A stretch of 64,000 bases of DNA from Obrimoposthia wandeli. Taxonomy: Eukaryota. Of this stretch, positions 51,500-61,532 are shown one piece after another. A program made the translations under genes and the position numbers. Where the stretch lies: the NCBI GenBank assembly GCA_977020255.1, contig CDROCS010001688.1, positions 186,001 to 250,000 on the forward strand, in the 5' to 3' direction. Under the pieces are notes generated by a model. It was not told the origin of the DNA and did no database searches. It worked only from the letters and a program-made list of their open reading frames with translations. Every line of letters begins with the position of its first letter. The first letter of the stretch is position 1.

Positions 51500-51802
51500 A
51501 AAAACAATAGGACATTAATTATGAAAAGTTTTTTCTGGAAGTTTTTCATGAACAGTAAAAAGCATGATCGTAAATACTTACCAAAACAAGAACACCGCTT
51601 AGCGATACTTAGATCAGTATGCCAATGGGACATTGATAAAATAACAGAAAAAGATTACCGGTCGCACTTCTAGTGAATAACAATTACATCACTACATACA
51701 CAGTAACGCCCCCTAAAAGCGGTTACTCCTGAGTGGTTAGAGACGGTAAATTATTCTGTGTAACTCACATCTTTCAGCCAGCTCCTGTAGCTGGCTATTT
51801 TA
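51500..51802 (+). ncRNA. sgrS: SgrS-like dual-function sRNA (5' end approximate)
   Basis: Position divergent from sgrR; seed CTCCTGAGT (51726-51734) complementary to the ptsG RBS ACUCAGGAG; terminator AGCCAGCT-CCTGT-AGCTGGCT-ATTTT (51776-51801). Confidence 0.7.
51521..51673 (+). CDS. sgrT: SgrT-like small protein, 50 aa (not in ORF track)
   Basis: MKSFFWKFFMNSKKHDRKYLPKQEHRLAILRSVCQWDIDKITEKDYRSHF*; RL.IL....QWD resembles E. coli SgrT RLTMLEGLMQWD; SD AGGA; divergent from sgrR. Confidence 0.75.
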   Translation: MKSFFWKFFMNSKKHDRKYLPKQEHRLAILRSVCQWDIDKITEKDYRSHF

Positions 51803-51926
51803 TTCCATGCTTTTACTTCTGCTAGAAGTAAAGCGCCCTTAACTCAGTTAATTTAAGTAAAAAACGCTTTAGATATGTTGCAATCATGATTAATCTACAA
51901 GCTCAAATAACGGTAGTACCATTAAT

Positions 51927-52625
51927 TTATACATTTTCTTTTTTTAGTGCATCACACAATGCTTGAAGTCGAATAATCTCTTCACTTTGCTGTTGCTCTG
52001 TATTCTGAGCATGGTTAAGTGACTCTGTTAGCGTAGTAACCTGTACTTGCAATGCACTGTTAACCTTTTCGAGTTCTGTTTCATGTGTTATTGAATCACT
52101 TAATTCACTATTAAGTTGTAACACTTTTTTTGCACTTTCTTCAAATTCTACTTTTTGCTTTCGAGCATTGCGCTGTGCAGTTTGCTTTGCTTTTACCGCT
52201 TTATCCAACTCTGCATCATGCGCTTCAATTTGGCTTCTATTTTCAATAATTTTCTTTTTTAATGTCTTAATTGATTCTTGGTAAATTGCTTCTTCACGAC
52301 TAACTTGCTGCTTTTCGGCTTCATTCTGTTTGACTAATTTTTCTTCAGCCTGAGTACCTAGCCCCATCACAACGCGCCATGTATCAAACATTGTATTGTG
52401 AGCGTGATTCATCGCATCATACGGGAATACTAATCCGCTTTTAGGCACCATACTTTTTTCAGTTATCGCAACTTCAAACTCTTTTAGCACAGAGAGAGCA
52501 TTTTGATAGCTATCTAAAAATGGATTATTTGATGATAAATTTATAAATGACTGGTCTTTCAATTCTGCATCCATGTAAGAATTCCCTAATAGAATAAATG
52601 GCAATATCAATAGTATTTCTAACAA
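51927..52625 (-). CDS. Hypothetical coiled-coil protein with possible N-terminal membrane anchor
   Basis: Long E/K/Q-rich heptad region; hydrophobic first 15 aa if the TTG start is used. Confidence 0.6.
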   Translation of the reverse strand: MLEILLILPFILLGNSYMDAELKDQSFINLSSNNPFLDSYQNALSVLKEFEVAITEKSMVPKSGLVFPYDAMNHAHNTMFDTWRVVMGLGTQAEEKLVKQNEAEKQQVSREEAIYQESIKTLKKKIIENRSQIEAHDAELDKAVKAKQTAQRNARKQKVEFEESAKKVLQLNSELSDSITHETELEKVNSALQVQVTTLTESLNHAQNTEQQQSEEIIRLQALCDALKKENV

Positions 52626-52968
52626 CTAAAATACGTTGTTAAAATGCATAAAAATAGAACCAACGCTGCTTATCGTGCATAAAATATCAAAATAGCGCTC
52701 TGTGACACACCATCAAGCATATTATGCAATCAATGGCTTAACGTTACATGTTAAACCCTTTACATGACAATTTATAGAGATAAAATTAAAGCTAAAAATC
52801 TATATTTGGTATTTCTTATACCTATCTGGATACGTAAATGGTTATTCATTTGTTAAGTAGCCACACTACCGTTTGGTTATCATAATCATAACGACCGTTT
52901 GGGGCGTACATTAATCACTGATTAGCTTGATTTTCCGTGTCATACTCGGTAAAAAGCCCTTCTCTGCT

Positions 52969-53005
52969 TATACCAAAGCTACCTCAAGATGCAGGATTCA
53001 GAGTG
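52969..53005 (+). repeat. Solo left end (37 nt) of ERIC-like MITE
   Basis: TATACCAAAGCTACCTCAAGATGCAGGATTCAGAGTG matches the first 37 nt of copies A and B. Confidence 0.8.
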
Positions 53006-53047
53006 TTCTCAAATACAAAAAAAACATTAAATACTGACGAGCTTAAG

Positions 53048-53809
53048 ATGAAGACTTCACTCAATCAAAATCAACACATTAAAAATCGACAAGCTGACGT
53101 TTTTTCATCGCTAATCCATAGCCGTCGTTCTGTTCGAAAGTATGACCAAACAGCTGATTTCGACCATGATGCTGTTGCTCGTGCCCTAGAAATCACCACT
53201 CTGTCTCCCAATAGCTCTAACATGCAACTTTGGGAATTTCATCGTGTTATCAGTGATGACAAGCGCATGACTCTCGCATCATATTGCATGGGGCAAAATG
53301 CAGCAAAAACAGCGAATGAATTAGTCGCCTTTGTTGTTACCCCGTACAAATGGAAAGAAAGAGCCGCGATGAATGCGAATCAGATCCGTGAGGCATTCGA
53401 TGGCAGAGAAGATGAAACATCGAAACGCGCCCTTAAATATTACGAAAAACTGATCCCATTTGTGTATAACAATGACCGTTTTGGTTTATTCGGATTTGCA
53501 CGTAAAGTTATCAGTTACTTTCTTGGTCGCAATAAGCCAATGGTACGCGAAGTCAGTAAAGCCGATGTGCGTGTATGCCTTCATAAAAGCAGTTCACTCG
53601 CCGCTATGACCTTTATGACAGCCATGCGCGCTGAAGGCTATGACACATGCCCAATGGAAGGCTTTGACTCTACACGCGCTAAGCAGTTATTAGGGCTACC
53701 AAAAACAGCAGAAATTACGATGATAATAAGCTGCGGAAAACGCCTTGAAGAAGGTGTTTATGGTGTTCGCCATCGGGTTAATAGTCAAGATGTCATCTTT
53801 AACCATTGA
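53048..53809 (+). CDS. Nitroreductase family protein (start likely 53048)
   Basis: RRSVRKYD, SPNSSN.Q.WEFH, A.RAEGYDTCPMEGFD. Confidence 0.9.
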   Translation: MKTSLNQNQHIKNRQADVFSSLIHSRRSVRKYDQTADFDHDAVARALEITTLSPNSSNMQLWEFHRVISDDKRMTLASYCMGQNAAKTANELVAFVVTPYKWKERAAMNANQIREAFDGREDETSKRALKYYEKLIPFVYNNDRFGLFGFARKVISYFLGRNKPMVREVSKADVRVCLHKSSSLAAMTFMTAMRAEGYDTCPMEGFDSTRAKQLLGLPKTAEITMIISCGKRLEEGVYGVRHRVNSQDVIFNH

Positions 53810-53903
53810 GAAATGACTCTTTATCTAAATATCTCATACCTTATTGAATTTATTTGCGGTAAGGTATGATTATCTATGTTTAAGAATCTATGATAAGCAG
53901 TTT

Positions 53904-54416
53904 ATGATTGAACAAATCACCGAGTTAAAGAATAGCTGGATGGCAAGTCACATTACTGATGCTGAATTCCCAACACCTTTAAGTGTAAAAGGGTTAGATC
54001 TTTATCAAAGCCGATTAAAACAACTATCAACCCAATTATTATCAACGATTCCAAGCAATTCAGATTCAGAACTGACCTATTACCGTGTCGACTGTCACCC
54101 ACTTACTATACGATTTTCAATGGTTCTTGCCAGTCAGTGGGAGAACGAACAAGAGAAAGAAGCCGTTTTTGAATATCTAACACAAATGATGTTTGAAGAT
54201 AATTCTCCGGCACATCTTTATGTGGGTTTTCATAAAGGTAAGCCATCAGCATGCGGAATGATTTACCGTCAAGAAACAGAACAAGGTCAGTGCGCACTCG
54301 TTTCTGACGTCATGGCTCTTCCTCTTTCGAATAAAGCGGATTTAATGCAAATGATGGAAAATCACCTGTTAGCGCTTGCGCATCAAGATAGTCAGTTTTT
54401 CGTCACACAAAAATAG
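53904..54416 (+). CDS. Hypothetical protein (GNAT-like half-fold possible)
   Basis: Open frame; HLYVGF..G.P.A.G.I pattern. Confidence 0.55.
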   Translation: MIEQITELKNSWMASHITDAEFPTPLSVKGLDLYQSRLKQLSTQLLSTIPSNSDSELTYYRVDCHPLTIRFSMVLASQWENEQEKEAVFEYLTQMMFEDNSPAHLYVGFHKGKPSACGMIYRQETEQGQCALVSDVMALPLSNKADLMQMMENHLLALAHQDSQFFVTQK

Positions 54417-54423
54417 CGTACTC

Positions 54424-54483
54424 TATACCCAATAGATTTAGTAAAAGCTGCGAACAATAGTTACCTTTGGCTCGCGCTTTTAC
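54424..54483 (+). repeat. Diverged TATACCC-type end followed by a hairpin
   Basis: TATACCCAATAGATTT then AGTAAAAGC...GCTTTTACT. Confidence 0.4.
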
Positions 54484-54729
54484 TCTGCCATAACATCCCT
54501 TCCATTATTTTATTTAACATAGCCAATAGCTGATAATAATCTCATTACAAAATGGCGATAAATACAGCGACTACATAGAAAAACACACACCTGTGTCATA
54601 CCTTCAAACATAACCTATAGAATACTTTTTACTGAGTCAGTAAACTGACACCATATTTGCATACAATAAATATTCGCCTAGAAACGAATTACATTTAGAA
54701 TAGAAAGTTAGCACCACAAGGAATGTGTC

Positions 54730-55398
54730 ATGAGATATTTGTTCATTTGTTTTTGTAGTTTAATGCTACTTGGTTGTGCTTCTGGTTTGAAGATCTCTAT
54801 GCCAGATAAATATACTGATACACAGAATCAATCTATAGGGTTTCTTGTTGGTACTCTTGGCGCAACAATCGTTTGGCCATCAACGGGCGAGACCTTAATT
54901 ACAACGTTACATATTAGAGAAGTTAGCACTAAAAGCCCGGTTATAATGAGTGACGACGATATTGAAAATGAAGTAATAACGTTAACGAATGAAAATCAAC
55001 ATTCTGATTTTAAAAATGAAAAGCAAATGGGACAACTTTTTACTTTACCATTGCCAGTTGGCGAGTATGAAATATTTCAAGTCACAATTAAAGGTTCAAA
55101 TGGTAATCAAACGTTTACCCAAAAAACAGATGAGGATCTTTCACTAAAATTTGAAATAACGTCGGCTAATGCCAGTTACATTGGCGAGTTTATTGCAAAA
55201 AGTCGTGTCGCTGAAAGTCAATTATGGAATCTAAAATTTCCCAGCGGTTACGGTTACCTCTTACATGGCTATAATAAAGCCCGTGACGAAGTCCTTTTCT
55301 ATGAGTTAAATCCACAGCTAACAGATATTCAATTCGACGTTAAAACGCTAGCAACGATTAAGAATCGTCTAATTTATACAAAAATCAATAAATTCTAG
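54730..55398 (+). CDS. Hypothetical lipoprotein
   Basis: MRYLFICFCSLMLLGC lipobox; LPLPVGEYEI, YIGEF. Confidence 0.7.
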   Translation: MRYLFICFCSLMLLGCASGLKISMPDKYTDTQNQSIGFLVGTLGATIVWPSTGETLITTLHIREVSTKSPVIMSDDDIENEVITLTNENQHSDFKNEKQMGQLFTLPLPVGEYEIFQVTIKGSNGNQTFTQKTDEDLSLKFEITSANASYIGEFIAKSRVAESQLWNLKFPSGYGYLLHGYNKARDEVLFYELNPQLTDIQFDVKTLATIKNRLIYTKINKF

Positions 55399-55416
55399 TC
55401 AAACATAAACCCGGAT

Positions 55417-55530
55417 CTACTCTGATTCGGGCGCTTCACCTTGGCGTTTTAAATGTTTCTGTTTTGTTTTGTCTGATATCTCTTTCACTAACTTTTTCAC
55501 TTTTGGTGCAGAATATATTCTATCTGTCAT
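55417..55530 (-). CDS. 37-aa basic small protein (not in ORF track)
   Basis: MTDRIYSAPKVKKLVKEISDKTKQKHLKRQGEAPESE*; SD AAGGTGA about 6 nt upstream. Confidence 0.5.
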   Translation of the reverse strand: MTDRIYSAPKVKKLVKEISDKTKQKHLKRQGEAPESE

Positions 55531-55795
55531 ACTTCATCACCTTTCTATACTAATAAATCGACGATACAGAATTTTCACATAATCGTCATACTCACTTCAT
55601 ATTTTATAAATACTAGTATATACCGTGAATCTACAATGCGCGTATAAAAACCGTCTTTTCTACATACTTTACTTCATCGCATTAATGTTCATGTGATGAT
55701 TTAAGATTGAAGCATATATGGGAATTGAAAGTAAGGCACGCTTAACCACTAACCCCCCTGTAGAAATAACAGTTTAGGTACTTTTTTATACTTTG

Positions 55796-57070
55796 CTAAA
55801 ATCTTATATTCAATAAAACTCGACGCCCTCGGGTGCCAAGCTCCTCCCCAATAAACATCAAGTTGAATGTAACAACATACCCTGTACACAATGCAATAAT
55901 TATCGCTACAACGTTCGCTGTAAATTGTGCAAACACGTAATACGAAACAATAAGAGTCGCAATTCCGCTCAAACGAATAATTAAACTTTCGGTAAAGCAA
56001 CCATGCGCTTTAATATAGGCCAGCTGATAAGCATTGAGCATTAAAAAGACGAAAAATATCGAGAAATGAAATAACACAGGAACCGCACCTTTATACTCAT
56101 CAGGGAAAACGAACAATACAATGTCTTTTCCGAAAAATAGCATACTTAAAAAGAAAATAAAACCAACGATAAAGCTCAATGTATAGATCCATTTTTTAAT
56201 TTTTCGTATTTGATCATGCTTGCCTTCACGAACACATACTGCTAATTCTGGTAAAACGAAGCGGTAGATAGGGAAAACAAATAGCATCGTAAGATAGGTA
56301 AATATTGGCCGAACAACCACTTGGAAATCCCCTAACTCATCGATACTAAAGTGACTGATCGTTAATAACACCGTGATATAGATCATAAGGATACTTGCAC
56401 CAGCTTCAAGCGATGCCGTAACACTTTTTTTTACATAGCTGATTAACATAGGATCAAGTTGCACCGCAGCTAAAGGGCGTGTCGATATTTCTTTGCGACG
56501 ACGTATAAACATGTACGCAGCCGTACCTAAGGATGATAGCGTTAACCCATAAAAGAGAGAGGTAAGAGCATCAAAGCCTAAACCGTAATAGCAAGTAACA
56601 AACATTGCCACATTACCAATGGGTTCAATCCAAGTCACCTTATTAGAAATACTGTACAAGCGATACATTGCAATTAAATTAGTAAAGTAGACCTTTAACC
56701 CCATACCAAAAATGATGCCCACCAGCTGTATGTAGCTCACATTGATATTTAATTCATGCTTAATATAGGGAATAACGACTCCCCAGGTAATCAATACCAT
56801 TGCAATTAAGCTATATCGGAAAATATTGATGATGTCTCGATCGTTATTCGTTTGTGAGTAACTCACAACCATTGATGAGCGGAACCCTGTCATCAATATT
56901 AAAGACAGTGAAATGATATCAACAACACTGTGATACAGGGCTAAATCACCTTTAGGTACCCATTGCGCTAACCAAATCTTAAACGAAAAACCCACTAAAA
57001 TACTGGCAAGCGTTGCCCAGACTCCAGTAATGAATGCTTTTTTTAGGCGAGAGAGTGAATCATTTTCCAT
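55796..57070 (-). CDS. MOP-superfamily oligosaccharide flippase-like protein
   Basis: About 12 TM segments; FVLPEL and two-repeat MOP layout. Confidence 0.7.
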   Translation of the reverse strand: MENDSLSRLKKAFITGVWATLASILVGFSFKIWLAQWVPKGDLALYHSVVDIISLSLILMTGFRSSMVVSYSQTNNDRDIINIFRYSLIAMVLITWGVVIPYIKHELNINVSYIQLVGIIFGMGLKVYFTNLIAMYRLYSISNKVTWIEPIGNVAMFVTCYYGLGFDALTSLFYGLTLSSLGTAAYMFIRRRKEISTRPLAAVQLDPMLISYVKKSVTASLEAGASILMIYITVLLTISHFSIDELGDFQVVVRPIFTYLTMLFVFPIYRFVLPELAVCVREGKHDQIRKIKKWIYTLSFIVGFIFFLSMLFFGKDIVLFVFPDEYKGAVPVLFHFSIFFVFLMLNAYQLAYIKAHGCFTESLIIRLSGIATLIVSYYVFAQFTANVVAIIIALCTGYVVTFNLMFIGEELGTRGRRVLLNIRF

Positions 57071-57107
57071 GGTAGTGCCATCTTTGGGTTAACTTCCATT
57101 GCATAGT

Positions 57108-57126
57108 AATGAAATTAATTCTCATT
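57108..57126. promoter_or_regulatory. Fur-box-like site
   Basis: AATGAAATTAATTCTCATT compared with AATGATAATNATTATCATT (3 mismatches), between divergent flippase and dioxygenase genes. Confidence 0.45.
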
Positions 57127-57277
57127 TGAAACGTATTTACTTCCTAAACTCTCTTTTCTTTGTGATATATCAACATCAAGAAAACTGATGAAGAACGCCA
57201 ACTCAGCCTACTGGATGTAAAGGCACGGAGAGTTAAAATACACATATACCCAATAAAACATTCAAAAGGAAAGCAGC

Positions 57278-57595
57278 ATGTATCACGCCCATGTTTACTT
57301 TGACTTATCACAAGAGTCACTAGCCACACGCCTTCACCATGCAATCACAACTGACCGTGATGATATATTAAGAATATATCCACTCGTCACGCGCAAAGTA
57401 GGCCCTCATGATAAGCCAATGTTTGAAGTACATTTCAATGATAACCGTCAGGGGTTTATTAACTGGCTTGATCAACACCGTGAAGGGCTCTCTGTGCTTA
57501 TTCACCCTAATACCAGCAATGAGCTACAAGATCATACTGATAGTGCTGTATGGCTCGGTGAAGAACTACCCGTACACGTCGATACATTCAAATAG
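57278..57595 (+). CDS. DOPA 4,5-dioxygenase family protein
   Basis: YHAHVYF, GPH..PMF, GLSVLIHP, DHT..A.WLG. Confidence 0.88.
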   Translation: MYHAHVYFDLSQESLATRLHHAITTDRDDILRIYPLVTRKVGPHDKPMFEVHFNDNRQGFINWLDQHREGLSVLIHPNTSNELQDHTDSAVWLGEELPVHVDTFK

Positions 57596-57646
57596 CACAT
57601 AAATGCAAAGTATTACATATCGAGCAAACTCATATATTCACCGTTT

Positions 57647-58531
57647 TCAATGGATGTTTTTATTCTTTCGGGTATTGCTTGGTGCTTTTATCAGCACTAA
57701 CGCGATTCCGCCAAGAATCGCAACAGATGCAAATATAAGGCGGGAAGATAGCGATTCCCCTAGAAATAGAATCCCTCCGACAGCAGCTAAAACGGGCACA
57801 CTTAGCTGAATAGTGGCAGCATTGGTTGCTTTTAAAAAAGGCAAAACCGAATACCACAGCGCATAACCGACACCTGATGTTAACGCACCAGAAGCAATTG
57901 CATACCAAAATCCGTTCAGATCAATATTCGCATTTTTAAATGATAAAAAACTCATCACTACTGCTATCGGTATTGCTCTTAAAAAGTTTCCCGTCGTAAC
58001 AAGCGTTGGGCGGCTAACACCTCTACCGCGTAGTGAATAGATCCCCCAAGCTACGCCTGCGCCCATCATTAAAATAGAACCGAATAATGGTGGTGAGGAT
58101 AACCCAGGAAGCAACAAGCCGATAAGACCAACCAATGCGACAATTAGACCAAACAATTGTTGTTTACTTAGTCGCTCACCACTAGATATGCCGTGCCCAA
58201 TCATTGTCGCCTGCACTGCGCCAAACAATAACAATGCCCCCATACCCGTCGATAGGCTGACATAAGCAAAAGAGAAACCTGCGGCATACATAAACAAAGC
58301 AAAAGCAGAGATCCAACTGCCCTCGCCTTTGTAAGGTTGGTGACTAACAAATGAAATCAGCCACAACATTACAAAACCCGATAACAATCGAAGCGAAGTA
58401 AAACTGGCAGCATCAATATTCGTTTCTAAGAAAGCAACTCGGCTTAATAATGAATTGCCCGCAAAGGCAATCATAGCTATCGCTGTAAGTATAAACACCT
58501 GCTTGCTGGGCATTTTAGCATTGCTCTTCAA
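57647..58531 (-). CDS. DMT (EamA) family transporter
   Basis: 10 TM segments; AFAGNSLL.R, FSFAY..L.TG.GAL, SGVGY..WY, QLSVP..AA.GG..FLGE. Confidence 0.88.
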   Translation of the reverse strand: MKSNAKMPSKQVFILTAIAMIAFAGNSLLSRVAFLETNIDAASFTSLRLLSGFVMLWLISFVSHQPYKGEGSWISAFALFMYAAGFSFAYVSLSTGMGALLLFGAVQATMIGHGISSGERLSKQQLFGLIVALVGLIGLLLPGLSSPPLFGSILMMGAGVAWGIYSLRGRGVSRPTLVTTGNFLRAIPIAVVMSFLSFKNANIDLNGFWYAIASGALTSGVGYALWYSVLPFLKATNAATIQLSVPVLAAVGGILFLGESLSSRLIFASVAILGGIALVLIKAPSNTRKNKNIH

Positions 58532-58949
58532 TCGAATCTTCAGGGCCTATCCAACAAAATGGGTTATAGGCAACTTCCCACAAATAGCCATCAAGATCTT
58601 TAAAGTAGCCGGAATACCCACCCCAAAACACTTTTTGTCCACGCTTAGTAATGGTGGCACCCACAGCTTCTACATCCGCTAAAACTTGATCGACTTCCGC
58701 TTCAGATGTCACATTATGTGCCAGAGCAAAACCAGCGAAAGGCAGCCCACTATTATCACTAGAAGCAACTTGTGCATCTTCTGCTAATGCATCACGGTCA
58801 TATAATCCTAACCAAGTTCCATTCAAGGTAAAAAAAGCGACCGACGGGGGCGATTCTTTTTGAGGAAACCCTAAGCCATCGCGATAAAATGCGACTGACT
58901 TTTCAAGGTCTTTAACCCCGAGAGTAATCATGCTGATTCTTGGTTTCAT
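58515..58949 (-). CDS. VOC family protein
   Basis: ITLGV.DL..S..FY..GLG, LAHNV, FWGGYSGYF.D.DG..WE. Confidence 0.9.
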   Translation of the reverse strand: MKPRISMITLGVKDLEKSVAFYRDGLGFPQKESPPSVAFFTLNGTWLGLYDRDALAEDAQVASSDNSGLPFAGFALAHNVTSEAEVDQVLADVEAVGATITKRGQKVFWGGYSGYFKDLDGYLWEVAYNPFCWIGPEDSIEEQC

Positions 58950-59086
58950 AACATCATTCCTTATTGTTATTTTTTGAGGCTCCGTAGAGAAAAGATAGCA
59001 TTAGCAAACACTTTACCACCAACTCAAAAAGCAAAAGACTCACAAATTAGTGAGTCTTTTTTAAAACGGGGTTTGAAGCTGGTGGA

Positions 59087-59971
59087 TTAAATTTCCACTA
59101 TTCGCTTCTTCGCTAATGACATGGCTAAATTACTATCATAATAAGCGGCTTCATTAATAAAATGTGGATAGGCTTCATAATCACCTTCCCAACAGATTTC
59201 AGAGCCATCAAATAGTGTAAAAATAGGATCGCCAGAATTCAATTGCTTAAAATCACCGTCTTGAACATTTTTATGAACCATACCAATTCGCTCACCGTTT
59301 TCATTTTCTGGTAATTTTAGCGTTTCAGTATATTCAAATGCTTCATAGCTCGATGGCAATTCTGGCAAGGAGTTAGTGTTGTGTAGATCAACATAATCTA
59401 AAATATGGCGAGTCATGTCTTCCATCCAATCAAGTACATCTTGACGGATAACAGACTGAGGTTGTGGGCCAATCTCGACAATCACACCTTGTGGCGTAAT
59501 AGAGCTTAAAAAGTAATGTTCTTCGACAGAGGCATGATCTTCAAATACAACAACGGCTTCAGGCATGCGAGATTTCACATAAGCACCCATTTTGCAGTTA
59601 AACTTATCAGATTGAAGCAGAATCAACGATGGCCCCATATTACTGGTCGTATTATGCAAATCGATAATAAAGTCTGTTTTTGCATCACCCTTAGGACCAA
59701 GCTGATTATTGATAACCTTGGCGCGACTTTGTTCATAGTTAGCCAGATCGAGATTAGCAAGCTCAGCAATATCAAATTGTCGGTTTAAATCGCTATCAAC
59801 GTAACGTTTATTCTCTTCGTGCGCTTTAGGGTTCGCGAATACTGTTTGAACAGAAAAGCTGCCACGAGATATCACATTAAGGTTGTTTTGCCACTTACGT
59901 AACAAGTAGATACCGCTAAATTCATTACCATGCGTACCGCCAACAACGGCAACACTGTTAATTTTAGTCAT
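59087..59971 (-). CDS. Aspartoacylase (AstE/AspA family)
   Basis: GGTHGNE..G, RY.D.DLNR.F, DLHNTT.NMG, FINEAAY. Confidence 0.9.
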   Translation of the reverse strand: MTKINSVAVVGGTHGNEFSGIYLLRKWQNNLNVISRGSFSVQTVFANPKAHEENKRYVDSDLNRQFDIAELANLDLANYEQSRAKVINNQLGPKGDAKTDFIIDLHNTTSNMGPSLILLQSDKFNCKMGAYVKSRMPEAVVVFEDHASVEEHYFLSSITPQGVIVEIGPQPQSVIRQDVLDWMEDMTRHILDYVDLHNTNSLPELPSSYEAFEYTETLKLPENENGERIGMVHKNVQDGDFKQLNSGDPIFTLFDGSEICWEGDYEAYPHFINEAAYYDSNLAMSLAKKRIVEI

Positions 59972-60069
59972 CCTTGCTTCTCTTAACTAGTTATTCAAAA
60001 TTGAGCATAATTTCAGTGTACTCAATTTCAATCTGGATACCAACGAAAGTTAACCTTAAAATAATAAAG

Positions 60070-60519
60070 TTACACAGATAACGGCAGTGTCTGGGCTAAT
60101 TTAAGATACGAGTGTAATTCGTTATTTTTATACTCAATAGCTGAATGAATATTCACATTACGATTAGCAATAATAGAACAGTTGTAATCGTTATCCCCTT
60201 TTGTGATCGTCAATTCAATAACACCATCGTCTAGCTTCCAACTGCCCACTGTTTTCATCCGTGTAAATAAGGTGTATTCCTCTAATCGCCCGTCTGAATG
60301 CAGAATGACTTCGGTGATATAACCTGCACTACATGTTTTGATCCAATGTTGAGCTGTAACATCAGCGATTGTAAAGTTGCGTTTAGTTTCTAACCATTGA
60401 TGCATCAATTGTTGCTGTTCTGTATCGAGTTCGGGCAGAGCATCAATATCAAGTAAACGTACACGACCCGTTTCACGATAAAACAGCTGTAACAATTGAA
60501 GGGTTTTCTTTTCGAACAT
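60070..60519 (-). CDS. Hypothetical protein
   Basis: 149-aa ORF with GTG/ATG start and SD (AAGGTAAG). Confidence 0.65.
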   Translation of the reverse strand: MFEKKTLQLLQLFYRETGRVRLLDIDALPELDTEQQQLMHQWLETKRNFTIADVTAQHWIKTCSAGYITEVILHSDGRLEEYTLFTRMKTVGSWKLDDGVIELTITKGDNDYNCSIIANRNVNIHSAIEYKNNELHSYLKLAQTLPLSV

Positions 60520-60559
60520 TCAGCTTACCTTACGCAAGGAAATCATAAACATAGTTAGT

Positions 60560-60825
60560 TATACCCAAGCTATCTCAACATGCAGGATTCAGAGTGACTT
60601 CAGCGTGTTTATTTCAAGGAAAATGTGAGTAGGAATGGCATTCCCTTTCAAACACATTTGACACAGAAATAGACACGCTGAGTCACTCCCGAAGGGCGAG
60701 TTTTGTTAGGCTATATGCGGTGTTGCTAATTTCCAACGTAGAGTAACTAGGTTTATAAATAAGCGCCTTGCCTATAGCCTAACAAATTCTCGCTGAAACG
60801 AGCATCTTGAAGTAGCTTGGGTATA
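60560..60825. mobile_element. 266-bp ERIC-like MITE, copy B
   Basis: Same length and colinear with 16644-16909; TIRs TATACCCAAGCTA...TAGCTTGGGTATA. Confidence 0.85.
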
Positions 60826-60933
60826 GGTATAACCCTAAATATGCCGAATTGCGAAAGGTGTTACTGAATGAAATATGAAATTGTAGTATTTATCACAATA
60901 ATAAATGTGTTCATGATAAATACTCATTTCGAT

Positions 60934-61347
60934 TTAATGATCCACTTTTCCGCGTAATACCTTTGTACTACCGCGTTGGGTTTTCTTATCCATACGGCGT
61001 CGTTTGGAACCCTTTGTGGGTTTTGTTTCACGTCTAGCCTTTTGTTGGACAGCTGCTGCTTGAATAAATTCTTTCAGGCGCTGCAATGCATCTTCACGGT
61101 TTTTTTCTTGAGTACGAAATTGCTGAGCTTTAATCACGATAACACCGTCTTTCGTTATGCGATGATCCGAAATTTTCAACAAACGTTCTTTATAGAAATC
61201 AGGCAATGTTGACCGCTTAATATCAAAACGTAAGTGTATGGCACTCGATACCTTGTTTACATTTTGACCACCCGCCCCTTGCGAGCGAATAGCCGTAATT
61301 TCGATTTCCCAATCGGCAAGTTCTACATTATTAGAAATGGTAAGCAT
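60934..61347 (-). CDS. arfB: Alternative ribosome-rescue peptidyl-tRNA hydrolase ArfB
   Basis: [13 protein letters not shown] (GGQ motif), RTQ..NR.DA, basic tail TKPT..S..RR...K. Confidence 0.95.
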   Translation of the reverse strand: MLTISNNVELADWEIEITAIRSQGAGGQNVNKVSSAIHLRFDIKRSTLPDFYKERLLKISDHRITKDGVIVIKAQQFRTQEKNREDALQRLKEFIQAAAVQQKARRETKPTKGSKRRRMDKKTQRGSTKVLRGKVDH

Positions 61348-61532
61348 AGTTGTTCAATAATCAATTCAAATACAGGGTTAGTATAATCGCTAACGACTTT
61401 CAAATAACCTTTATTGAAGAAATTAAATGATCATCAATAAAAAACACCTTACTGTGATCTTGTTTACAGGTCGACATGACCAATATTTAACTTATCATCA
61501 TAAATCAGTAAGGTAGCGCATTATTCAAATCA

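Noticed and set aside
52937-53047. N-terminal extension of the nitroreductase in the ORF track
   Set aside because: It runs through a MITE end; ATG 53048 gives a normal-length protein.
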